A stretch of DNA of 64,000 nucleotides from Alphaproteobacteria bacterium (GCA_017471705.1 JAFUSH010000046.1:252-64251), one strand, 5' to 3'. Shown: positions 47,692 through 56,150, counted from the stretch's first letter. A program made the numbers and translations. Notes: generated by a model not told the origin, from the letters alone.

Positions 47692-47722
47692 TAAAAAATG
47701 CCTCAGCTTTGCAGGCTGAGGC
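47692..47722 (-). terminator. rho-independent terminator after hipA, just upstream of the tape-measure start
   Basis: On the minus strand: GCCTCAGC-(7 nt)-GCTGAGGC followed by ATTTTTTAT. Confidence 0.7.
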
Positions 47723-47748
47723 GGTTATTCGTAAGAAAGTAATTGTTT

Positions 47749-49020
47749 TTAGGAGTTTTGCTTATAGTTAAATCCTTCATAAGCAAAAGAAGATTTGATT
47801 TTTTCGCAATCTGCTTCTGTTACTCCTGCATGTCTTGCTGTGGCATACCATTCGTTTTTTACAATTTTATACATATCATCAATAATTTTCTTTGCCTTAT
47901 CTTGATTAAGTAAAAACTTATCTGCCTCTGACAACAAATTATCTTTATTAGCAAAACGTCCCATACGACCACAAATCATTGCCAAATCACGTTGTTCTAT
48001 GCTCACCAACGGATTTGGTGTTAAGTCATATGCAGGCGAGAGTTGCCAATTTTTATCCTGCGCAATAAAAGCATGGTTACGCGGATGATCGTCTGTATTA
48101 GAAACAAGCGCATTGAATACCATACGCCTGAACAACTGTTCCGCATCACGTTTTGCCTGTTTTGATATGCGCCTTAACTCTTCTGCTAATTGAATATAAG
48201 ACCACTTTTCCCGCTGAGTATAATCATCACCGGCTTGCAAAACTGTTAATGAACTTATCATCCGATATCTCAGATATCCATCTGAAACTCTTTCTCTATC
48301 AAAACGCTTAACAAGTAAAACATCTTTTCCCGCAACAGAAACAATTTTGCTTAGAGCTGTTTCTATTCCGCATTTTTCTGCAAGTTTTAACATTGCATAT
48401 TCAATTAATGCATTGTTCCACTTATCATCCATACGGTTGAATTTCGCCACCCATAGTTTATCATCATCTTCAATAACTGCCTTCGGACGTGCACCGCCCA
48501 TAGATGTTCCGATTAGCAAAAGTTCTTGTACTTGTGCCGTAATAGGGTTTTCAGGCTTTACTTCCTCATTTACCAGCAATTCAGCTTCTTTTTGCAATCT
48601 ATCAAGCTGTATTTTTTGATTGAATACCCTATTGGGAGCAGGCGGTGTCTGATTAAATCCAAATCCTAATGCTCCAATACGATCATCCGCAGACTGAAGT
48701 AAATAGGTCATTTCATCTGCCTGAGCAACTTTTAAATTACGCTCAATAATTCTACGCCCCCAATAGTCAGGAGAAGCATCGCGTAATGCCCCAAAGACAC
48801 CCTTCATGGTAACAGTATTAAATACTTTATTTTCCAGTTTTAATTCTATAGGATCAATCTCTACAGCATCAGCACGGCTTAAATAAGACCTACCATAAAC
48901 AAAATGTCCGACATCAATTCCTTGTTCTGTCTTTTCTAAAACATACTTGCCCGCTGTTATTTGGTCGGTTTGACCGGGCAGTGTCATATACACGAAACAT
49001 TCTTGCTTTTTAGAAGTCAT
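47749..49020 (-). CDS. hipA: HipA-family serine/threonine kinase toxin
   Basis: 'SMGGARPKAVIEDDDKLWVAKF' and the catalytic 'NTDDHPRNHAF'. 423 aa. Confidence 0.85.
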   Translation of the reverse strand: MTSKKQECFVYMTLPGQTDQITAGKYVLEKTEQGIDVGHFVYGRSYLSRADAVEIDPIELKLENKVFNTVTMKGVFGALRDASPDYWGRRIIERNLKVAQADEMTYLLQSADDRIGALGFGFNQTPPAPNRVFNQKIQLDRLQKEAELLVNEEVKPENPITAQVQELLLIGTSMGGARPKAVIEDDDKLWVAKFNRMDDKWNNALIEYAMLKLAEKCGIETALSKIVSVAGKDVLLVKRFDRERVSDGYLRYRMISSLTVLQAGDDYTQREKWSYIQLAEELRRISKQAKRDAEQLFRRMVFNALVSNTDDHPRNHAFIAQDKNWQLSPAYDLTPNPLVSIEQRDLAMICGRMGRFANKDNLLSEADKFLLNQDKAKKIIDDMYKIVKNEWYATARHAGVTEADCEKIKSSFAYEGFNYKQNS

Positions 49021-49375
49021 TGTCTATTGTCTCCTTATTCCGACTGCGCTTAGGATCTTTTAAACTGGCTAACCGCAAGCCAATTTCATCTTTTAGTGGG
49101 TTTGCTAGATCTACTGCCGGTTCAAGCAAATCATAAACCCATAAAAGAGCCATATAAACTTTAATGGATGTTGCCGGTTTACCATGTTCAGCATCACTTA
49201 CGACGCGAATACCGACACCAATTTTATCCGCAACTTCTTTTATTGTCAGTTTGCGGCGTAAACGAGCCGTTCTTAAATTTTCGCCCAAACATTTTATTGT
49301 TTTCTCTACAGCACTAGGTGTTGATTTTTGCAGAACATTCCTTTTGACCATTTTTACTCCTTGTTTAAAATTCAC
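49010..49375 (-). CDS. hipB: XRE-family HTH antitoxin (HipB-like)
   Basis: 'LGENLRTARLRRKLTIKEVADKIGVGIRVVSDAEHG'. It overlaps the hipA start by 11 nt. An alternative start is at 49351. Confidence 0.75.
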   Translation of the reverse strand: MNFKQGVKMVKRNVLQKSTPSAVEKTIKCLGENLRTARLRRKLTIKEVADKIGVGIRVVSDAEHGKPATSIKVYMALLWVYDLLEPAVDLANPLKDEIGLRLASLKDPKRSRNKETIDNDF

Positions 49376-49421
49376 ACAAATAGGTTAATAAAATTTGCAA
49401 AAGAAATCAAGTTATTTTTTT

Positions 49422-49472
49422 ATAAAAATGCTCTATAAAGCAAGTTAAGTTATATAAAATGCTTTATAAGGC
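49422..49472. promoter_or_regulatory. two imperfect palindromic operator-like repeats upstream of hipB
   Basis: 'aaaatGCTCTATAAAGC' and 'aaaatGCTTTATAAGGC', 31 bp apart. Confidence 0.4.
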
Positions 49473-49522
49473 GATTTTTACATATAGATAAACAGTAATT
49501 TATCATCTTTTTTGAATAATAT

Positions 49523-49960
49523 TTATCTTCCGTATTTATCCCGATATCTTGTATTACCAAGGCTATCCTTAGAACTCCGGCCGATTACACCGCCGTAACG
49601 GTCTTTATAAGTTGTATTACCTAAACTGTCCGTATGACTGCGAGCTTGCACCGCCCCGTAACGGTCCTTATAAGTAGTATTACCCAGGCTGTCCGTAGAG
49701 CTACGGGCTTGGACTGTACCATATTTATCTTTGTATGTTGTATTACCAAGACTATCAGTAGAACTACGGCCAATTACTGCACCATATCTATCTTTATAAA
49801 CCGTATTACCCATACTGTCTGTTGAACTTCTGCTTACCACTTGACCATAATTGTCACGGCATGTTCTATTGCCTAAAGAATCCGTAGAACATCTCATTCC
49901 TGCAATGGCTGTAGAGGATATTAAAGTAATAGCAAATGTTAAGTAAAATAAATTTTTCAT
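49523..49960 (-). CDS. secreted protein built of ~6 tandem 21-aa repeats
   Basis: Signal peptide 'MKNLFYLTFAITLISSTAIA', then repeats of 'SSTDSLGNTTYKDRYGAVQAR'. Confidence 0.7.
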   Translation of the reverse strand: MKNLFYLTFAITLISSTAIAGMRCSTDSLGNRTCRDNYGQVVSRSSTDSMGNTVYKDRYGAVIGRSSTDSLGNTTYKDKYGTVQARSSTDSLGNTTYKDRYGAVQARSHTDSLGNTTYKDRYGGVIGRSSKDSLGNTRYRDKYGR

Positions 49961-50021
49961 GGTGATGCTCCTTTAGTCATATCATAATGATCGCAAGAAA
50001 ATGATTCAATATTTAAATTTT

Positions 50022-50252
50022 ACTTCTGCCACTTTCTGACATAAGCTATTATTGACATTTATATTTTTTTGCTTTAGCTTGGCAATGTAGCTGAGACGCC
50101 GTCGAGAAAACGGGGTTCTGGGACTTCGGTTTTAATAACCGGACCCTCGCTTGTCAAATTGTTAGATGCTTGCGTGTTGGTATCCAGTTCGCGTTCACTA
50201 TGGTGACCACCGTCTAGGCTACATTACCTAACTTCTGCCATTTTCTGACATA
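50022..50252. repeat. 22-bp direct repeats (21/22 identical) flanking a ~190-bp insert
   Basis: 'acttctgccactttctgacata' at 50022-50043 and 'acttctgccattttctgacata' at 50231-50252. Confidence 0.8.
50084..50225 (+). ncRNA. candidate structured RNA (closing helix, cUUCGg hairpin), function unknown
   Basis: 9+5 bp closing stem between 50084-50098 and 50211-50225. Internal stem 50113-50121/50139-50146 is capped by C-UUCG-G (50124-50129). Upstream are TTGACA (50052), 17 bp, TAGCTT (50075). Confidence 0.25.
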
Positions 50253-50536
50253 TCTTGAATACCAGCTTTGATACCTTGAACTCCGGCAGGCAAAAGCTCT
50301 GTCATGAGTTCCATATTTAACCCTAAGTTTTGTGCCACCGTCAGCGCAACCCCAAGGTCAGGCTCGGAGAGTTTTAATAAAACTTCCCAAGCCTGCTGGC
50401 CCTCGGCTGTTTGAAAGGTTGTCTCTACATATCGGCATTTGTAGATGGGACAGCTTGTTCTGCTACTAAAGCACCCTTGGCAGTAGTTCCGCCCGGAGCC
50501 GAAGTGCCATTTTGCTCGGGCGTATATGCGTTTTTT
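50228..50536 (-). CDS. -1 frame extension of the chaperone (gpT-like), reached by putative programmed frameshift
   Basis: The -1 frame is open from the heptamer A AAA AAC (50536-50530) to the TAG at 50228. Its distal part reads 'ETTFQTAEGQQAWEVLLKLSEPDLGVALTVAQNLGLNMELMTELLPAGVQGIKAGIQDMSENGRS'. Confidence 0.4.
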   Translation of the reverse strand, partial: KKRIYARAKWHFGSGRNYCQGCFSSRTSCPIYKCRYVETTFQTAEGQQAWEVLLKLSEPDLGVALTVAQNLGLNMELMTELLPAGVQGIKAGIQDMSENGRS

Positions 50537-50949
50537 TCGGCCTCAAGTATTTCTTGAATACCGCAATACTGCTGTCTGAATGTTTCGGCAATACTCCAAA
50601 AGTTCGTGAAGAGTTCCTCAATTTTGACCGGTGTCAGCGGTGCTTTTTCATCTGTTTCGGCTTCTAAAATACCGTCCCATTCAATAATGCCCGCCAGCGC
50701 AAGACCTAAAATCAATTGTTGATCTGCATAGGCCTCACGTTTTGTGATGTCCTCTAAATCCGGCAAATCTTTATCTTTTGCTCCGTTCTCGCGAACGTCT
50801 TTTAAGAGTTTTGCGACCTCGGCAACCTTTGAATTCATAAAGGCTTTTGCCTCATAAAAGACCGAAGATGTACAGGGTTTTACTTTAACCCTGACACCCA
50901 TTCCCAAGTCCAGCCAATAAGGCTCATTCTTAAACTTTAACTTTAACAT
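50425..50949 (-). CDS. tail assembly chaperone (gpG-like)
   Basis: It lies directly downstream of the major tail gene (shared nt 50949). Acidic, 174 aa. An in-frame slippery A-AAA-AAC is present. Confidence 0.6.
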   Translation of the reverse strand: MLKLKFKNEPYWLDLGMGVRVKVKPCTSSVFYEAKAFMNSKVAEVAKLLKDVRENGAKDKDLPDLEDITKREAYADQQLILGLALAGIIEWDGILEAETDEKAPLTPVKIEELFTNFWSIAETFRQQYCGIQEILEAEKNAYTPEQNGTSAPGGTTAKGALVAEQAVPSTNADM

Positions 50950-51890
50950 TAGTATTCCTCCACATCGTTAATCAATTGAACGGTTACCATTTTGCCAAGA
51001 CTTGCATTCTTTGCGCCTTGGAAATCATAAGAGCACTCAATACCGCCCGGCCCCGAAATAGAACGTTTCGGTTTAGGCAGATAGACTTCATGGCATGTGA
51101 TGACCAGTTTTTGGCTTTCTGAGAGCTGATAACCAAGCTCTAAGTCCACAGGAATACCGGCACGCGCCTTGTCCATTAGAGTATTGTCACCATAACGGAC
51201 TGCGATCGAACCGGACAAGGAAGCGACCCCAAGGTCAATGGCTTCTACTTTACCATCGCTTCGGATTGTCTCAATCTTTTCAAGGTTATTTGAGTAGGTA
51301 ACCGAAGCACTGGTCACATTGGCCAATGTTTGTCCGCCTGATTTAATAAAGCCTTGGAACTGTGAAAAGCGTGTGTAGTTTTTTACCACAGGGGCAACGG
51401 ATATTGATGTATTCGCGGCTGTTTCACTTTGGGCCATTAACGAAACTGTGGCCTGAGCTTCACCGGATCGGGCGAAGTTAAAGGCGATAGAGTTTGCTCG
51501 CGCTCCCAAGAAACGGATATATTCCGGAACTTCGGCCAAGCCTAATTCCAAGGAATAGCTCGGCAAAGAGGTCTTTCCGCTTTCAAAAGTGTGGGTATAA
51601 ATACTATTTTCTACAGATGTTGTCGGTGTGCCAAAGACAGCTTTCAGCCAAATTCCGATGTTTCTGAGATCAACCGGAACAGCCAGGTCACCTTCAACAT
51701 TGATCACATCTTGGAACGGAGTGGTCGGGTCGCGGCCAAGTCCCAAAACGTTTGAAGAAATCAACCCTTGTTCGCTGTCAATTGCGCTTGATGCAAACGG
51801 CACTTGGGTATAGGTTCCTGCAGAAAGCGTGCCGTAGGTACTTTCTTCAGCGATTAATAATTTGGCATTCCAGCCATATGCTCGTGACAT
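50949..51890 (-). CDS. major tail (tube) protein
   Basis: Position upstream of the chaperone and TMP genes; 313 aa. The start is set at the second ATG, which has GGAGG 6 nt upstream. Confidence 0.65.
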   Translation of the reverse strand: MSRAYGWNAKLLIAEESTYGTLSAGTYTQVPFASSAIDSEQGLISSNVLGLGRDPTTPFQDVINVEGDLAVPVDLRNIGIWLKAVFGTPTTSVENSIYTHTFESGKTSLPSYSLELGLAEVPEYIRFLGARANSIAFNFARSGEAQATVSLMAQSETAANTSISVAPVVKNYTRFSQFQGFIKSGGQTLANVTSASVTYSNNLEKIETIRSDGKVEAIDLGVASLSGSIAVRYGDNTLMDKARAGIPVDLELGYQLSESQKLVITCHEVYLPKPKRSISGPGGIECSYDFQGAKNASLGKMVTVQLINDVEEY

Positions 51891-52171
51891 TTTAGCCTCC
51901 ATTTCAAGGGGGATTCACAGCCCCCAACAAGTTAATAAAATTTGATTTGCGCCGTCAGATTTTTGCAGGTGTAGTAATCTACATCAATAAAATCTGACAA
52001 GCAGGGCGGATTTTAAGACTTGCCCTATGGGTCTGTTTGCGGTTATCATTTAATTTGTCGCAAGCCTTGCGAATAGTGACGCTATTGGCTGCGCCTTGCT
52101 TCGCTTATCTGATTAACCGCAAATCAGATTGGGAGCCGCGAAGCCCCCTTAAAATGGAGGCTTTCCCTTTG
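51891..52171 (-). promoter_or_regulatory. 281-nt structured intergenic leader; a 19-bp long-range helix can sequester the major-tail SD
   Basis: 52144-52162 is the inverted repeat of 51894-51912 (19 bp with one G-U in RNA). The 3' arm contains GGAGG. Each arm also has a competing local GGGGG/CCCCC hairpin. Confidence 0.5.
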
Positions 52172-52597
52172 TTAAATTAAGTTAGAATTTGAGGTGTATT
52201 CAAGGACAATGGGAACGATCGCACCTTTAATGGTTACGCCGCCGTCAATGACTTCATCAACGAATTCCGGCGGATCAGCGTGCATAAAATCAACTTCGCC
52301 ACCAAGTTGAGGATCCTCTTGTAAAAGCTCACCGATCTGAACCAATAAATTATCCAAGGTCTGATCGCGCTCGGCCGGTGTTTCTTTTTGAACAATGACT
52401 TCCAATTCGGCCCGATGTGTGAAAATGTAGCAAGTCGGGGATAATAAAATCTCAGGCTCACCGACATTACCATCGCGCAAAATAACCAAGCCGCCGTCAG
52501 GAATTTTCTGCGGCAAAAGGTCGTTTCGTTTAACGGTTACATCAAGTGTAGAAAGTCTTTCAAATAAAGCGTTTAATACGATTTCTCTTTTACTCAT
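52172..52597 (-). CDS. tail terminator/completion-like protein
   Basis: Synteny only: last gene before the major tail gene. 141 aa. Confidence 0.35.
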   Translation of the reverse strand: MSKREIVLNALFERLSTLDVTVKRNDLLPQKIPDGGLVILRDGNVGEPEILLSPTCYIFTHRAELEVIVQKETPAERDQTLDNLLVQIGELLQEDPQLGGEVDFMHADPPEFVDEVIDGGVTIKGAIVPIVLEYTSNSNLI

Positions 52598-53165
52598 CTT
52601 CGCTCCAGTTTTCTAAAATCAAGCTCGGCACTTTTTCTTGCCAACGCTTGCTTTCGGTTGCAAAGTTAATTAATTTCGGCATTTTGACCTGCGGCACCAA
52701 GATAAAGGCGATGACCGTCTTTTTCTTTTTGGTATGCACCAGTAAAGAACAGGCGTTGCGGCGGTACACAAATTGTAACCGCACGCCTTTCATCTGTTCA
52801 TAAAGACCCGGTGTCATACGCTTGCCGCATGCTTTTTTCGGGATTGCATCGGTCGGAATGGCAAGCCATAGACCGTTTTTGCCTCGGATAATGCTTGCGT
52901 ATTCAAAGCCCTGCATAATCTTTTCGGCATTAGTATAGACCTGACCTGCCGCGCTGATACTCGCTTTTCCTTTCGGATAGACGACACCGCGCCAAGTGTT
53001 GGCCATACGGGAACTCATACCGGCCGAGCGGACCTGTTCACGCAAAGACCTTTTAAGGCCATTCGTTGCCGCCGTTATTCCTAATGTCACAGCCTTGGCA
53101 CCTTCTGAATAGTGCTTTTCCATGACATCAGACAGTTTCCCTTGTAGTGCAAGTTTTAATTGCAT
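52590..53165 (-). CDS. head-tail connector/tail completion protein (HK97 gp10-like position)
   Basis: Synteny only. It overlaps both neighbours. Confidence 0.35.
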   Translation of the reverse strand: MQLKLALQGKLSDVMEKHYSEGAKAVTLGITAATNGLKRSLREQVRSAGMSSRMANTWRGVVYPKGKASISAAGQVYTNAEKIMQGFEYASIIRGKNGLWLAIPTDAIPKKACGKRMTPGLYEQMKGVRLQFVYRRNACSLLVHTKKKKTVIAFILVPQVKMPKLINFATESKRWQEKVPSLILENWSEDE

Positions 53166-53449
53166 AGCACATCAACACTCCATACTAGATTATGAATATC
53201 TTTGACCGGTTCCGTATGCACCCGATAAGTTGCCGCATCTGTTTCTATCGTGTCCCCGACAGCTAAATCAGGCGCATCAGAAATCCGGATCTTCATAAAA
53301 TGCGTGTCGGTGTGAGCCTTAACAAAACCCACACCGATAACTTCGTCCGGTTCAATCAATAAAAAAAGGACTTCTCGTCCTTGATAATTCCCGATCGTTC
53401 CGCACCGATTAAACAGGCTGTCCACCGCCTTTTTGAGAGGAAGGGCCAT
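53156..53449 (-). CDS. head-tail joining protein
   Basis: Synteny. The start is set at 'MALPLKK', with AGGAGG upstream. Confidence 0.35.
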   Translation of the reverse strand: MALPLKKAVDSLFNRCGTIGNYQGREVLFLLIEPDEVIGVGFVKAHTDTHFMKIRISDAPDLAVGDTIETDAATYRVHTEPVKDIHNLVWSVDVLCN

Positions 53450-53633
53450 CTTTACCTCCTGTTTCATCAGGTTGTTGTGGCTGTGTTGCCGGCTTTTGGC
53501 CACCTTTAACAGGCACAGCAAAACCGCGTTCTATCAGACTTTTTGCATCTGCTTCGTTTAAGTCATACTCCTTACCGGGAGCAATTTCTCTGCCGGCAGA
53601 TACAACTAATGTAATCAAGGCCTTAATACGCAT
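53409..53633 (-). CDS. small phage protein
   Basis: 74 aa, directly downstream of the capsid gene, with a Gly/Pro/Gln-rich tail. Confidence 0.3.
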   Translation of the reverse strand: MRIKALITLVVSAGREIAPGKEYDLNEADAKSLIERGFAVPVKGGQKPATQPQQPDETGGKDGPSSQKGGGQPV

Positions 53634-53642
53634 TTATACCTC

Positions 53643-54671
53643 CTAACCAATGGTTGCACAAAATGTTGCATTCGGACGATAAGGAACGACCAAAGGCGCA
53701 GACTGCAATAACAGCCAACGAACCGATGGATCTTCCTCAACCCATGACTTCGTAAAGTAGCGATGAGCGGTCCAGTTTGCCTTTTCATCGTGGATCGCGC
53801 CATAGCAACGGGTTCCTTCAAGTCCGTCTTTAGCTCCCATGATGACGGTTTTTGCCGGCAAAAGTTTTGTTTCCACGCCGGCATCGTTGATATAAATGTC
53901 ATTGTAAACATAAATATCGAAGTCGCCGATAGAGCCAACGTAACGGACTTTGGAATTTTCACCGCGAACGAACGGATCCACATTCAAAGTGTTGTTAGTG
54001 CCTCTGCGGTAATCCAAGAACTTCTTCACATCGTCCTTGGCACGGAAGATTTTCCAGGCATCAGGATCCATGATGACGGTTTTGGCAATCATGCCGGATT
54101 TGGATTGTACCAAATCAGCCCAATCTTCCAAGTCATCAATCGGGTTGACTGCGGCTGTTGCCCATGTGGCCGATCCGGTTAAGGCCTTGGTCAATGCGGC
54201 ATCACGTCCAAAGTTAACAGTTGTTGACGGATAACCATCGCCGGATACGACCACTTGGCCGGTTCTTAAGATTTCGGCTGCCATTACTTCTTCACGACGG
54301 GTCAGGTTTTCTAACTGGTCGGTCAAAGTTGTGGCCAAAGCGCGTTCATAGCGCCCGGATGGCGACAAAGAACCGCCGATAATCTCACCGGCAACGCGTT
54401 TATACGGAATGTTTGCATCAAAGCGGCGTTTGTCTTTCACATAAGCCGGCTTGAATGATTTAGTCTGATAACCACCGCTATCAACGACTTTGCCGGGAAG
54501 AAGCGGAGAAACAAACGGAGAGATGCGCGGCTTGCTGTCCGTCACATCAAAAAAGATCTCTTCTTTATCCGAAGTTTGCACATTCGGGAAGAAGGTGTCG
54601 AGCAAGAAAGACGAAGGCGTGTGTAAACGTTCAACGACTTTTGCGAGCACGTTTGTAGAAAAAATATCCAT
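53643..54671 (-). CDS. major capsid protein, lambda gpE family
   Basis: 'MDIFSTNVLAKVVERLHTPSSFLLDTFFP...EEIFFDV...PRISPFVSP' matches the gpE-type N-terminus. 342 aa, and it follows the decoration gene. Confidence 0.8.
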   Translation of the reverse strand: MDIFSTNVLAKVVERLHTPSSFLLDTFFPNVQTSDKEEIFFDVTDSKPRISPFVSPLLPGKVVDSGGYQTKSFKPAYVKDKRRFDANIPYKRVAGEIIGGSLSPSGRYERALATTLTDQLENLTRREEVMAAEILRTGQVVVSGDGYPSTTVNFGRDAALTKALTGSATWATAAVNPIDDLEDWADLVQSKSGMIAKTVIMDPDAWKIFRAKDDVKKFLDYRRGTNNTLNVDPFVRGENSKVRYVGSIGDFDIYVYNDIYINDAGVETKLLPAKTVIMGAKDGLEGTRCYGAIHDEKANWTAHRYFTKSWVEEDPSVRWLLLQSAPLVVPYRPNATFCATIG

Positions 54672-54683
54672 TATTTATTCCTT

Positions 54684-55034
54684 TCAGTATGCTTGATTTG
54701 TTTTAATAAAGATGTTTTTCGCTCTGAGTTTGGCCTTTAAGCCGTCGGCGGAAGCACCGCTTGCCACAGTCAGAGCCGCAGAATTAAACTCGCCTGTCAA
54801 ATAAACGATAGCTTGTTTATCTTCGCTTGTTGCATCAACAGCCTCGGCCAAAATGGCTTCAGGAGTGTCAGATGCGCCACAGATGGTCAAAGCATCACCT
54901 GATGCCTTCAATACTGTGCCTCGTGTGTAACTGCCGCCGGTAATGGTTGCAAGTTCAGAAACGCGAGGAAATTCGCCGGCCAATAAGGTATCGGCGGTTG
55001 TGAACCCTTGGTCCGTAAATCCTTGTACAGTCAT
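54684..55034 (-). CDS. head decoration protein (gpD-like)
   Basis: 116 aa, between the protease and the capsid gene. 'LLAGEFPRVSELATITGG...GTVL' is gpD-like. Confidence 0.65.
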   Translation of the reverse strand: MTVQGFTDQGFTTADTLLAGEFPRVSELATITGGSYTRGTVLKASGDALTICGASDTPEAILAEAVDATSEDKQAIVYLTGEFNSAALTVASGASADGLKAKLRAKNIFIKTNQAY

Positions 55035-55037
55035 ATG

Positions 55038-56150
55038 TTAACCTCCAATTGTGTATGAAGCGATGCGGTTTGCAACGTCTTCTGGTGTTTCTTCCGTTTC
55101 CTCGGCAGATGGTGTGATCGCTGGGTTTTTGATTTGAGCCATTGCCACATCAAGCGCATTGGTTTGTTTAGCAACCGGCACCGTTTCTAAAATGGCCAAA
55201 ATGTCAGATGCTGACAAATCGGTCTTGGCAAGCAATGCCTGAGCAGTTGCTTCCTTGCCTTTGACATTTTCGGCAGAAAGAACTTGAGACATGCGCTCGC
55301 GTTCCTGTGCTTTGATGTCAACAGACGTTTTTTCTAAAGTATCATTCATGAATGATTTCTCCGTTGATTGAGTGTTAAGGTCTGAGATGATGGCTTCAAA
55401 CGAAGCTAGGCTGTCCGCCAGACCGATCCGAACAGCATTTTGGCCCACAAAAACATCACCGCCACCGAAGTTTTCGATGACATTTTTCGGCGATATATCC
55501 CTGTGGAGCGCAACTTTATTGATGAAAACCTCTGCCAGCGCATCAATATGAGCCTGGATTTTGGCTTTCCCTTCTTCTGTTTCCACGTCCGGCCGCTTGT
55601 TCGGGCTTTGCGAGGAAACAATTTCAATGGTCTTTTTCTCGTCCTCTTTTTCAAAGATGGACACAACCCCGATAGAACCGAGGATAGCAGTATCGGCCGC
55701 CATAATCTTGTCGCAGGCCGAGGCGATCCAGTATGCACCGGAGCAACAAGAACCGGAGGCATAAGCAAGTATCGGCTTTTTACCGCGAGCGTTGTAGATC
55801 ATATCGGCTAACTCGGAGCAACCGTTAACTCCGCCGCCCGGACTGTCCACATCAAACAAAATGGCCGATATGTTCGGGTCGTTCAGGGCTTTGTTGAAGT
55901 CTTGTGCCAATAGTTCGTAAGATGTCGCGCCACAGACCGCCGTCAAAAGGTTTGCGTGTCTGAAAAGCGGACCGGTTACCGGAATAACAGCAACGCCGCC
56001 TCGGGTGGAGACGGCATAGGTGTTTTTCATATCGCGGCCCATTTCTTTGGCTATGGCCTCAGGGCTCTTGTTCGTTTGGTGCGCTATCGTTATCATTGTC
56101 GAAAGCATCTCGGGCGTTATTGCCCATACTGTCTTTTGCATGAGTTTCAT
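55038..56150 (-). CDS. S49/ClpP-type prohead protease and scaffold (gpC-like)
   Basis: 'ILFDVDSPGGGVNG' and 'ASGSCCSGAYWIASACD' (Ser nucleophile region of S49 peptidases), with an Ala/Glu-rich C-terminus. Confidence 0.75.
   Translation of the reverse strand: MKLMQKTVWAITPEMLSTMITIAHQTNKSPEAIAKEMGRDMKNTYAVSTRGGVAVIPVTGPLFRHANLLTAVCGATSYELLAQDFNKALNDPNISAILFDVDSPGGGVNGCSELADMIYNARGKKPILAYASGSCCSGAYWIASACDKIMAADTAILGSIGVVSIFEKEDEKKTIEIVSSQSPNKRPDVETEEGKAKIQAHIDALAEVFINKVALHRDISPKNVIENFGGGDVFVGQNAVRIGLADSLASFEAIISDLNTQSTEKSFMNDTLEKTSVDIKAQERERMSQVLSAENVKGKEATAQALLAKTDLSASDILAILETVPVAKQTNALDVAMAQIKNPAITPSAEETEETPEDVANRIASYTIGG

Noticed and set aside
51891-52171. tRNA or tmRNA in the structured intergenic regions (also 50045-50230)
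   Set aside because: I could not fit a cloverleaf. There is no GTTCRA T-loop with matching acceptor and D arms.
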